A DNA stretch of 32,000 bases from positions 990,001-1,022,000 of the forward strand of contig OY969931.1 of NCBI GenBank assembly GCA_963704705.1. Reading direction: 5' to 3'. A program made the translations under genes and the position numbers. Shown piece by piece: positions 8,027-16,708 of this stretch. Each line of letters starts with the position of its first letter. The stretch's first letter is position 1. Under the pieces are notes generated by a model. It was not told the DNA's origin, ran no database searches, and saw only the letters and a program-made list of their open reading frames with translations. Source of the DNA: an uncultured bacterium (GTDB taxonomy: Bacteria; Patescibacteriota; Gracilibacteria; UBA1369; PNNO01).

Positions 8027-10015
8027 TTACCACAAACTAACCTGTTCCTCCGGCACTTCAGGTTTTTTCTCGCGAATCACTCTTTCCTGTTCTTTTTTCT
8101 CAATTAATTCTTCGGGGATATCTTTTAAAAACCGTGACTCCTTCATTTCGTGTTTATCTCCGAAAAAATTACGTTCATTTGCATGAATTATATGAAGTTC
8201 TTCTTCGGCGCGTGTCATTCCAACATAAAAAAGTCTGCGTTCTTCTTCTTCATTAACTTCTTCTTCACTAAACTGGTAAGGTGTAAGCCCTTCTGATGCT
8301 CCGGCAATAAAAACAATCGGAAATTCAAGACCTTTTGAAGCGTGCATTGTTAATAATGTAACTGCATCTTTGCTTTGATCGTAAACATCTTTATCCTGCA
8401 TTAAGGCTGTTTCATCAATAAATTCTTTTAAACCTTCAAATAAAGGCATGTCATCAAACTGCAAACTAAATCCAATTAATTCAAACACATTATCCTGGCG
8501 ATTTTTATCTTTATAAATTTCAAAATAAGTAATTTTATGAAGAACAAATTTTATTAAATCAGAAAGTTTATTTTCGGCCGCGTATAGTCTAAAACTTTCA
8601 TGCATCTCAATAAACTCGCCCAATGATTTTTTTAAATCGTTAGTTAACGAAAGTGTATCCAGTTCAAGACATGACTGATAAAAAGGTATTCCATACACCT
8701 TTGAATAATTCATAATTTTTTCAATTGTTGTATCCCCCACTCCTTTTGCAAATTTTTTAATAGTTCTTTTCATTGAAGTTTCATCGTTCGGATCGTAAAT
8801 ACATCGTAAATAACTTAAAATATCCTTAATTTCAGTTCGTTCATAAAAAGGAATTGCTCCAATTGTCTGAAAAGGGATTCCGGCTCTAATAAAAGCATCT
8901 TCAATTGCCTTGCCTTGCAAATGCGTTCTGTATAAAACAGCAAAATCACTGAATTTTCGAAGCTCGTCATTATCTTCAATATTTTTTAAATCTTTTGACT
9001 GGCGCGACACTCCACCCATTTTCAAATCTATTGTTTGTAAAATATAATCAGTTTCAGCCCTGTCGTTGTTTGCTTCAACCACTTTAATTAAAGTTCCGTC
9101 CTGTTTTGTTGAATCCAATTCTCTTTGCATTCTCTCATCATTTCTTTCTATAACTTTATCAGATGCTTTAACAATTTGAGGTGTGCTGCGGTAATTTTTA
9201 TCGAGTTTAATTAATTTAACATTCTCAAAATCATCACCAAACTGTAAAAAGTTTTTAACATTAGCACCTCTAAATGCATAAATCGCCTGATCACTATCAC
9301 CTATTACGCAAATATTTTTATCACGCGCACTTAAAAGTTTAATTAATTCATATTGTGCTTTATTTGTATCCTGATATTCATCAACAGAAATATATTTAAA
9401 TGGCAAAGCATTTAAAACTTCTTCATGTTTTCGCAAAAGTTTTACTGTTTTTATAATTAAATCATCAAAATCTATCGCGTTCTTTGCACGCATTGCCCCT
9501 TCATAATTTCTAAACACTTCCTGGAGCTCAAGCGGAGCTTCCAAAGGTGAAATAAAATCATTTTTTAGCTTCGAAATTCTTTTGATTACGTCGCTTAACG
9601 CCTTCTTTTTTGCGTCTTTAATAATTTCCTGTAAAAGTTCAATCTGATCACTTGGATCATAAATCTTAAAATTCTTTTCAATACCAACTTTAAATGCAAA
9701 ATTTCTTAAAATTTTCAAACAAAGCGAATGGAAAGTTCCTACAAACGGTAATTCGTCACCTTCTATAAGTTCACTTAATCTCTTTTGCATTTCATCCGCT
9801 GCTTTTTTCGTAAAAGTAATTAATAAAATCTCACGCGGATCAATCCCCTGTTCATTAATCATGTATAAAGTTCGATAAATTAATGTTCGGGTCTTTCCGC
9901 TTCCAGGCCCTGCAGCTATAAGCACTGCTCCGCTTAAAATTTCAACTGCTTCGAGCTGTTTTGCATTTAAAATTTCAGAATAATTGCATTTGAGGCTTTG
10001 ATTCATATTTATCAT
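8027..10015 (-). CDS. SF1A DNA helicase, UvrD/PcrA/Rep family
   Basis: LNAKQLEAV...LIAAGPGSGKTRTLIYR (motif I), ISVDEYQDTNKAQYELI (motif II), NYRSTPQIV and TMHASKGLEFPIVFIAG (motifs IV-VI). Confidence 0.9.
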   Translation of the reverse strand: MINMNQSLKCNYSEILNAKQLEAVEILSGAVLIAAGPGSGKTRTLIYRTLYMINEQGIDPREILLITFTKKAADEMQKRLSELIEGDELPFVGTFHSLCLKILRNFAFKVGIEKNFKIYDPSDQIELLQEIIKDAKKKALSDVIKRISKLKNDFISPLEAPLELQEVFRNYEGAMRAKNAIDFDDLIIKTVKLLRKHEEVLNALPFKYISVDEYQDTNKAQYELIKLLSARDKNICVIGDSDQAIYAFRGANVKNFLQFGDDFENVKLIKLDKNYRSTPQIVKASDKVIERNDERMQRELDSTKQDGTLIKVVEANNDRAETDYILQTIDLKMGGVSRQSKDLKNIEDNDELRKFSDFAVLYRTHLQGKAIEDAFIRAGIPFQTIGAIPFYERTEIKDILSYLRCIYDPNDETSMKRTIKKFAKGVGDTTIEKIMNYSKVYGIPFYQSCLELDTLSLTNDLKKSLGEFIEMHESFRLYAAENKLSDLIKFVLHKITYFEIYKDKNRQDNVFELIGFSLQFDDMPLFEGLKEFIDETALMQDKDVYDQSKDAVTLLTMHASKGLEFPIVFIAGASEGLTPYQFSEEEVNEEEERRLFYVGMTRAEEELHIIHANERNFFGDKHEMKESRFLKDIPEELIEKKEQERVIREKKPEVPEEQVSLW

Positions 10016-11261
10016 TGTCTTTAAATATACTAATCACACCAAATTCACCATCATAACCCGGTTTTACATATACATTTCCTTCGCGAACTCTTTTTATCCC
10101 TTCAACTATAAATAAATCTGTTACTTTTTCAATATCTTTTAAGGGAGCTTCTAATAAAATATACAATTCATTACCTATTTTAGTAATTAGATTCATATAT
10201 TCGTTCATAACTCTTTTTGAATTGACTCCAACCTTAAATACTTCTGCAATAATCTCATATAAAGGAATTGTGTATCTGAAAGGAAATGCATGTTTTTGAT
10301 CACCACCTTTTTTGCGATCAGCCAAATCTAAAACTCTGTGCATTGTTCCCAAAATTAATTTTTTGCCGCATTCCGGGCATTTAAAATCATTCTTTTTTGC
10401 TTCTTCAGGGTCGCAACTGTATTCGCAAACTCTATGACCATCGTAATGGTACTTGCCTTCTTCCGGGAAAAACTCAATTGTCCCCAAAAACTTTTTATGA
10501 TCAGCATTTTTTAATGCATTAAACATTTCATCATAAGAAAGATCACAATCGAAAACATTAACTTCACGTGCAAGTTTTATTGGTGAATGTGCATCGGAAT
10601 TAGAAATTAAAGTTACATTATCAAGTTTGGATAGTCGCCAGTTCATTGGCGGATCGCTAGATAAGCCTGTTTCAACAGCAAAAATCTTATCGCTTAGCTC
10701 ATCAAAACATTCTTCAATAGAATCAAACCCTGATTTTGAACCAAGCATTGCAAAATGGGGAGTCCAAATATGTGCGGGAACCAAATAACATCTTTCACTT
10801 ACACCTGAAATAATTTCCAACAATTTTTTACTGTCCAATCCTAAAATCGGTCTGCCATCAGACTTCAAATTTCCGATTTTTTGAAGTTCACTGTTAATTT
10901 TTGATGCTTCTTTTAATGAAGGTGCGAAAACAATGTTATGAACCTTTCTGCATTTTTCATTTTTTGAATAAATAGAACTAATTTCAACAGAAAGCATAAA
11001 TCTAACTTCACCTTTGCATGATAAAGGCACCTCTTTATCGATTTCTTTAGCTATTTCATCCTTTAATTTATATAAACCGGGTTCGGCTTCCTCTAATTTC
11101 TCGCTAAGCTCATAAAACCACTGTGGATGAGTAAAGTCTCCGGTTCCAATTACAGTTATTCCTTTTAATTGAGCCCATTTATAAAGATTTTCAAGATCCA
11201 TTTGTTTACTTGTGGCCCTTGAATATTTTGAATGGATATGTAGATCAGCAAAAAAACGCAT
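9975..11261 (-). CDS. Endonuclease Q-like PHP-domain nuclease with Zn ribbon (COG1379 family)
   Basis: MRFFADLHIHSKYSRATS (PHP His motif), PAHIWTPHF, ETGLSSDPPMN, SNSDAHSPIKLAREVN, EEGKYHYDGH...KCPECGKKLILGTMHRVLDLADR. These align motif-for-motif with my memory of Pyrococcus EndoQ. The start is set at the ATG at 11261, one nt after the stop of the upstream gene. The track start 11339 adds an unsupported extension. Confidence 0.8.
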   Translation of the reverse strand: MRFFADLHIHSKYSRATSKQMDLENLYKWAQLKGITVIGTGDFTHPQWFYELSEKLEEAEPGLYKLKDEIAKEIDKEVPLSCKGEVRFMLSVEISSIYSKNEKCRKVHNIVFAPSLKEASKINSELQKIGNLKSDGRPILGLDSKKLLEIISGVSERCYLVPAHIWTPHFAMLGSKSGFDSIEECFDELSDKIFAVETGLSSDPPMNWRLSKLDNVTLISNSDAHSPIKLAREVNVFDCDLSYDEMFNALKNADHKKFLGTIEFFPEEGKYHYDGHRVCEYSCDPEEAKKNDFKCPECGKKLILGTMHRVLDLADRKKGGDQKHAFPFRYTIPLYEIIAEVFKVGVNSKRVMNEYMNLITKIGNELYILLEAPLKDIEKVTDLFIVEGIKRVREGNVYVKPGYDGEFGVISIFKDNDKYESKPQMQLF

Positions 11262-11262
11262 A

Positions 11263-11877
11263 TTATTTTTCAAAAATATTAATATATTTATATCTAACAG
11301 GCACAATTTCATTTGCATCATATTTAACTTCAACTTCATATAAAGAAAGATTGTGCATTTCTAATGCTCTAATTTGTGCTTCAGTATCATTTGTAAACCA
11401 TTTGCCTAATAAAACTCTCAAAACCATGCCATGGGCAACAACCAAAATTGGGTCTTCTTCTACTTCCATACAGATTTCATGAATTGCATTCTCAACTCTT
11501 CTAAATAAACCATATTTAGATTCTCCTCCCGGAGGCGGAGTCCCTTCTTCATAAAAAGGTCTTCTGAATTTATCCCATTCTTCAACTTTTGCCTGAGCAC
11601 TCCATGCTCCAAAATCCATTTCTCTCAAATCATTCTTTTCGAACATCGGTACATTACAATATTCGTTAATATACTGAGCTGTTTCTCGGGCTCTTGATAG
11701 AGGCGAATGAACAATATTTTTAAATCCATAAATTTTAAAACCAGGTGCATTTTCTTTAACTTGTTCACGGCCTTCTTTTGACAAAGGTGTATCTATGTCT
11801 CCCTGAATTATGCCGTTTTTATTAAATTCCGACTGTGCGTGCCTTAAAAGGTAGAGTTTCTTTTTTTCCATAATCAT
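11263..11877 (-). CDS. Histidine phosphatase superfamily protein (phosphoglycerate-mutase-like, GpmB/CobC type)
   Basis: LYLLRHAQSEFN (RHG catalytic motif), SPLSRARETA and VVAHGMVLRVLL (second catalytic His). Confidence 0.8.
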   Translation of the reverse strand: MIMEKKKLYLLRHAQSEFNKNGIIQGDIDTPLSKEGREQVKENAPGFKIYGFKNIVHSPLSRARETAQYINEYCNVPMFEKNDLREMDFGAWSAQAKVEEWDKFRRPFYEEGTPPPGGESKYGLFRRVENAIHEICMEVEEDPILVVAHGMVLRVLLGKWFTNDTEAQIRALEMHNLSLYEVEVKYDANEIVPVRYKYINIFEK

Positions 11878-11965
11878 TACGTGAGTAATTTATGCGCCAA
11901 AATATTAACACATATTGCATTATTATTCGATTTGAAGTATTTTAATTAACCAATAATTTATAAAT

Positions 11966-13945
11966 ATGTCAGAATTAAGTGATAGATTGGATGGCGAAGA
12001 CAGAGTCTCCATTAATAGTGCTTACGCTTTAGCTGAATTATGGTGGAAAAATCAACAAAATGAAGTGCCTGATAATTTACGTATGAGAGTTGAAACTGCA
12101 GCAATATTATGCAATCAACCAATCCCAACTGATACTAGAATTGGAATTGCAGGAACAATTAGAAGTTTTTTACAAAAAATTAGAACAGCTGAATTGGATC
12201 ACAGAAGAATTGAAATGCATTTAAATGCATTTGTTAAAGGAGAACTAAATTTATTTGATGTATTTCAATTTGAACTTGGCGAATTGGCTTCACAAAATTT
12301 AACTCAAAATCCTGAAGTATTGCAAACAGTACATGCCTTAAATCAAAATGTTTATCATCAGGTTAAAGGTGCTCTCGATGGGGATTTTAGAGCTGATGCA
12401 GCTTCCGCTCTTGATAAAGCTATTGATAAAACAAAAAAAATTAAACTGAAAAATCCAATTGATTCGGTTCTCAAAAAAATTGAAGAAATAATGAGCATAA
12501 TTTCCAGATTCAGAAATGTTAGACTTCTGTATTTTGATCCAAATCCTGACAATGATGATTTGCTTGCATTCAATTACCCAATGTCAAAAAGAGGTAAAAG
12601 AATTAGAAAAAATCCATATGCGGATGTTAAAGATTGGACCAGATATAAAGATGAACGCGGCGAATTGGAAGTTGAATATATTCAAATTCCTGCAGATAAC
12701 GGAGGTTGTAAATTAGTTTACAAACTAAGTTTTGGACAAGAAGAATTTGGTTATATTGAATATGAATTTGATGATCATGGAGTGCATAAATTAGTTAAAT
12801 CAAAATGTTCAAGTGTAAGTGAAATGATGGATACCTTCTTGAATGACAGATTACAGGAAGACATTAAAAAATTAATTGATACTAAAAAAAGAGAAAGTCA
12901 AAAAGGACGAAAGCCTCATCATTGGCCTGCTGTATTTGAGGAATTAAGTGAATTTTTAAGCAGAATTATTCAAAGACCATTTTTAATTACCTGCGATAGA
13001 AAACCTGGTGTTAATGAAACACCTCTGGTTATTGAAGTAAATGGAAAAGATACTCAAATTTTGAATGACGTGCATGAATCAGGAATTAAAGGAGAATCTT
13101 TTGAAATAAATTATGAAGCAGAAGAAGGTGTTGTCCAAGTAGGTAAAATAATTTTTGATCCTCTGGATGAAAATAGGGAAAGTATAATAAAAGAAGCTGT
13201 TTCATTTTTTGAAGGAATAGTTCAATGGAGAGAAAGCAGGCGCGAAGCACATATGTCGAGCGTAGGATTATTAGTGGCTGACTTAAAAAGTGATGATAAC
13301 CTGGAAGAAATTCCGACAGAACATGACTTCGGTGTACTTTATGCTGATATTGATGATTACAGCACAATAATGACTGAATTAGCTCAACAATACCCTGAAC
13401 ATCCCCTTTCAGAAATTATGGGTGAATTTTTTGCAGAATCAAGAATAATAATTGAAAGTGAATTTCATGTGGTATGTTGATAAATTTGTTGGAGACGAAA
13501 TAATAATTCTCATTGGTGCACCTTTTGATAAACAAGGAAGAGATGCCTTTGGCGATTCAGAACCTGATTTTGTTAAATATATTGAGACAAGTTATGCTGT
13601 TTCATTAAGACTTCAAAGATTTATTAGATGAAATATCACATAAAATTGAAACAAAAATTACATATTACTTTACCAAGACCTTTAAGATTTGCATGTGGTG
13701 CAGGATTATTATTTAATGCACCAATAGGTGTTTACGGAGGTTTGGATAAAAAAGGAGCCGGCGCCGATTATACAAGTATTTCACCTCAAATGAATTTGAT
13801 TGCAAGGGTGTTAAGTAATGCCGATGGTGGCGAATTACCTAAAGACCTTTGGAAACTTATGAAAGATACATTTCCCTAGGAGGTACCAAATTAAAAATGA
13901 TTGGAGAACCTTATGGAAGTTTATGCAAAAAGGTGCTGCCAATAA
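11966..13945 (+). pseudogene. Unknown ~440-aa N-terminal region fused to a disrupted class III nucleotidyl (adenylyl/guanylyl) cyclase-like catalytic domain
   Basis: The intact ORF 11966-13480 ends in FGVLYADIDDYSTIMTEL...ESEFHVVC*. The domain continues in the +1 frame as YVDKFVGDEIIILIGAPF...SLRLQRFIR* (to 13631). It then returns to the original frame (track ORF 13628-13879) with LRFACGAGLLFNAPIGVYGG...ADYTSISPQMNLIARVLSNADGGEL. After that, three in-frame stops (13877, 13892, 13898) precede ...LENLMEVYAKRCCQ* (stop 13943-13945). The motif order matches a cyclase homology domain. Confidence 0.55.
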
Positions 13946-13956
13946 TTGCACTATGG

Positions 13957-13985
13957 TTGTTAAAATAGCGGAAAAATGATATAAT
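13957..13985 (+). promoter_or_regulatory. Sigma70-type promoter candidate upstream of the DUF1622-like gene
   Basis: TTGTTA (13957-13962), a 17-nt spacer, then TATAAT (13980-13985). It sits 27 nt upstream of the ATG at 14012. Confidence 0.4.
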
Positions 13986-14011
13986 TAAGACGAAAATTAA
14001 AACAAAAATAA

Positions 14012-14369
14012 ATGGTTGAAACATTATTAAGTTATATAGTTATCGGTCTCGAATTTATTGGAGTAGCAATTATAGTTATTGGAGTTTTAAAAACTCTATG
14101 TTGTTTTTGGTAAATGTTTGCTTAAACGAATCGCAATCAGCCCTTTAATGACTGAAATAAGAATAGATCTGAGTAATTATTTGATTTTAAGTTTGGAAGT
14201 AATTATCGGCCGGGATATTATTGAAACTTTTTTAAGACCTACACTTGGAGATATTACAATACTCGCTGTATTGGTTGCCCTTCGTACTTTACTAGCATTT
14301 TTCCTTAATTACGAAATGAGTCATATGGCAAAACCAAGGCTTGAGAAAGCATTGGAAGAATCAAAATAA
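14012..14369 (+). pseudogene. DUF1622-like small membrane protein interrupted by a +1 frameshift in a T5 run
   Basis: ATG 14012 gives MVETLLSYIVIGLEFIGVAIIVIGVLKTLCCFW* (stop 14111-14113). The track ORF 14118-14369 continues in the next frame with ...LILSLEVIIGRDIIETFLRPTLGDITILAVLVALRTLLAFFLNYE, the LE..(a/g)(R)DII.T core that I recall for DUF1622. Removing one T from TTTTT (14104-14108) gives a single ~118-aa ORF. Confidence 0.6.
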
Positions 14370-14415
14370 TGTGTTATATTTCATAAATGGATAATTCTTA
14401 TTAATAATTTTAATT

Positions 14416-15399
14416 ATGAAAAAATTTTTATGTTTCATTTTCATGTTTGTTTTCTTTACTCAATCTGCATTCGCGGCATTTATTGATGTTCCGCAAACTC
14501 ACCCTAATTATCAGGCTATAAACTATATGCAAAGAAAAGGTATAATCCAGGGTTATGAAGACAATACCTTCAGACCGGATCAAAATGTTGTTAGAGCTGA
14601 AGCAGTTAAAATCATTTTAGCAGCACTGTATGATTCTTTTGACACAGTAAGTGAAAATCCATTTCCGGATGTATCAACAGATCAATGGTTTGCGCCATTT
14701 GTAAAAAAAGCAAAAGAACTTAATATAATAAGCGGAGACGGTGTTACCGGGAATTTTGAAGGAGCAAGAAACGTTAATTTAGCTGAGTTTTTAAAAATCC
14801 TTACTCTTGCATATAAAGTTGATTTAAGTCCTTATCAAAATCAAACAGAAGTTATTTTTGATGATGTACAGGATTTAAAACAATGGTTTATTCCTTATTT
14901 ATATTATGCAGCTTCAACAAACCTGATTCATGGTGATCAAAACAATTATATTTATGTTGGAGACCCGTTAACACGAGCTGAAGTAGCTGAAATCACTTTT
15001 AGACTAATTATTAATATTGAAGGCGGCGATGTTCAGCTTTATTTGAGTATGGCAGAAGCTGAAATGATAAAAATTCTACAATTTCTTGATAATAATGATA
15101 TAAATAATGCTGAAATTTCCGCTGCAAAAGCGGTTCAGTATTCAAATCAGGCAGTAAGTTTATCTCCGGATAAATCTATTGTTTTAGCTGCACAAAAAAT
15201 TGCACAGGCTTTTGATAAATTGGTTAAAGGTTATCGAAGCGGTTTAAATTTAGATTTCACTACAACTGCAAGTCTTGCAGGAGAAGCATGGAATCTTGCA
15301 AATGAAGCTGTTGTTATTGATGGATCAGTACAATCATTATCGGATACAATAAAAGAAATCGCGCACTCCATGGCTGAAGATGCGCGATCATCCAATTAA
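14416..15399 (+). CDS. Secreted protein with three N-terminal S-layer homology (SLH) domains and a helical C-terminal region
   Basis: Signal peptide MKKFLCFIFMFVFFTQSAFA. The three SLH repeats are FIDVPQTHPNYQAINYMQRKGIIQGYEDNTFRPDQNVVRAEAVKIIL, FPDVSTDQWFAPFVKKAKELNIISGD...VNLAEFLKILTLAY and FDDVQDLKQWFIPYLYYAASTNLIHGD...LTRAEVAEITFRLI. Confidence 0.85.
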   Translation: MKKFLCFIFMFVFFTQSAFAAFIDVPQTHPNYQAINYMQRKGIIQGYEDNTFRPDQNVVRAEAVKIILAALYDSFDTVSENPFPDVSTDQWFAPFVKKAKELNIISGDGVTGNFEGARNVNLAEFLKILTLAYKVDLSPYQNQTEVIFDDVQDLKQWFIPYLYYAASTNLIHGDQNNYIYVGDPLTRAEVAEITFRLIINIEGGDVQLYLSMAEAEMIKILQFLDNNDINNAEISAAKAVQYSNQAVSLSPDKSIVLAAQKIAQAFDKLVKGYRSGLNLDFTTTASLAGEAWNLANEAVVIDGSVQSLSDTIKEIAHSMAEDARSSN

Positions 15400-15412
15400 T
15401 TTATTAGGTTGT

Positions 15413-16633
15413 TTAGCTGCCTGTATTAAAGTTTAATACAAGACTACCAGCTTCTGCTCCTCCGTTTTTATCAGTGGCAAGTTTCACTGTTACTGTAAAC
15501 CAACCCCCTGCAGTCCAAGTTCCTCCTGTAATAGTCATGTTTGTTGACTCAACCCAGGTATTAGCAACTGAACTTGTAAGGCCGGTGTTGTTACTCATTG
15601 TTACAGCAGCATCTGCAGTATCCTGCATTGTAAGTGCCAATTGATTATCAGCAGCAGCTGTTGTATCAGTTCTGTATTTAAATTCAATCGGGTTTGTTTC
15701 CCAACTATTAAAGTTATCAGGAAGCTGAATTCTTACTTTAATATCATAATCCTGATCAGTAGTTTTTGTTGTTTGCCATCTATAAGAGTTTTCAATGTTA
15801 GTTGCGTCAAAATAATAAGTTAATTGACCTATATTATTACTTCCGTCACCATAATACGTTGAATTTGGATACAAAGGTGCAACAAATATTGAATTTGCTC
15901 CTGAAACATCCGCAAGAGCTACCCAGCTTGAACCATCATATACATAGAATGTATCAAGATCAGTTCTGTAAAAAACCTGACCTTCAACCGCTCCGCCAGG
16001 GAATGAAGTACCCTGATCAATTACCATTTCAACTGCTAAATTCTTATTAAAATCAATATCTCCATTTACTTCCAACGTTCCGTCAACATATAAATCATCA
16101 CTAATATTAAATCTTGTGTTTCCTGAATCCCAACTTATAACTTCTGCTAAGGTTGTACCAAATTGAATTGATATGTCTCCGCCAGTATCATTAGCATCCA
16201 ATAATAAATCTCCATCAGTATTAACACTTCCTGTATTATTTACATCACCAGTGATATTTAAATCATCTGATACAGTAAAATCATCAGTTGCATTATTATA
16301 TTGAATTGAACCAGCTCCATTATTGAAATCAACAGACGAATCAGCGCCTGTTCCATCAACATTGATGCTTAAATTTTCACCTTCCAAATCCAAATTACCT
16401 TCTATATATAAATCGTCTGTAAATTCAAAACGATTATTCGTAACATCATATCTCAATATTTGCCCGAGTGCGTCACCGAACTGAAGTTCAACGTCGGTTG
16501 TACCGTCTCCGTCATCAATAATGAAGAAAGATTCAGTATTAACAAGGTCACCGGTGGTTGCCGCATAGGCAGGCAAAGCCATAACCAGTGAAAGCGCTAA
16601 TAATAGCGGAAGTTTTAGTAATGTGTTTTTCAT
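15413..16633 (-). CDS. Secreted Asp/Gly/Thr/Asn-rich repeat protein (surface paralog A), unknown family
   Basis: Signal peptide MKNTLLKLPLLLALSLVMALPAYA. It has three ~50-aa repeats and a C-terminal domain shared with the upstream gene (DGSNNIGxL, ENxYxW, QDYDI, LPxxFxxWET, FxYR). Confidence 0.75.
   Translation of the reverse strand: MKNTLLKLPLLLALSLVMALPAYAATTGDLVNTESFFIIDDGDGTTDVELQFGDALGQILRYDVTNNRFEFTDDLYIEGNLDLEGENLSINVDGTGADSSVDFNNGAGSIQYNNATDDFTVSDDLNITGDVNNTGSVNTDGDLLLDANDTGGDISIQFGTTLAEVISWDSGNTRFNISDDLYVDGTLEVNGDIDFNKNLAVEMVIDQGTSFPGGAVEGQVFYRTDLDTFYVYDGSSWVALADVSGANSIFVAPLYPNSTYYGDGSNNIGQLTYYFDATNIENSYRWQTTKTTDQDYDIKVRIQLPDNFNSWETNPIEFKYRTDTTAAADNQLALTMQDTADAAVTMSNNTGLTSSVANTWVESTNMTITGGTWTAGGWFTVTVKLATDKNGGAEAGSLVLNFNTGS
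16061..16528 (-). repeat. Three tandem ~50-aa intragenic repeats in surface paralog A
   Basis: aa 36-85: FFIIDDGDGTTDVELQFGDALGQILRYDVTNNRFEFTDDLYIEGNLDLEG. aa 89-135: SINVDGTGADSSVDFNNGAGSIQYNNATDDFTVSDDLNITGDVNNTG. aa 143-191: LLLDANDTGGDISIQFGTTLAEVISWDSGNTRFNISDDLYVDGTLEVNG. A single copy occurs in paralog B: VFILDNDNTSITSIDLQFGNTLGKILSWDLVNGYFNFNDNVNIEGDLTLTG. Confidence 0.65.
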
Positions 16634-16676
16634 TTTTTTAGGTTTTAAATGATATTTTAATGAAATTAATTATATT

Positions 16677-16705
16677 ATTATACACTATTTTTATAAAATT
16701 GTAAA
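16677..16705 (-). promoter_or_regulatory. Internal sigma70-type promoter candidate between the two paralogs
   Basis: On the minus strand: TTTACA (16705-16700), a 17-nt spacer, then TATAAT (16682-16677). It lies 44 nt upstream of the ATG at 16633, within the 75-nt intergenic gap. Confidence 0.35.
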
Positions 16706-16708
16706 GCG

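Noticed and set aside
13628-13879. Track ORF of 83 aa treated as an independent gene.
   Set aside because: Its sequence (LRFACGAGL...ADYTSISPQMNLIARVLS) is the C-terminal half of a cyclase homology domain. The N-terminal half lies upstream in two other frame segments. It has no promoter or independent start context, because its ATG overlaps the stop of the preceding frame segment.
13897-13968. 23-codon ORF (MIGEPYGSLCKKVLPIIALWLLK) preceded by the only strong AGGAGG in the window.
   Set aside because: It lies in the debris of the cyclase pseudogene, and IGEP.. overlaps the expected C-terminal cyclase motif region in another frame. The SD-to-ATG spacing of 13 nt is long, and the ORF runs into the predicted promoter of the next gene.
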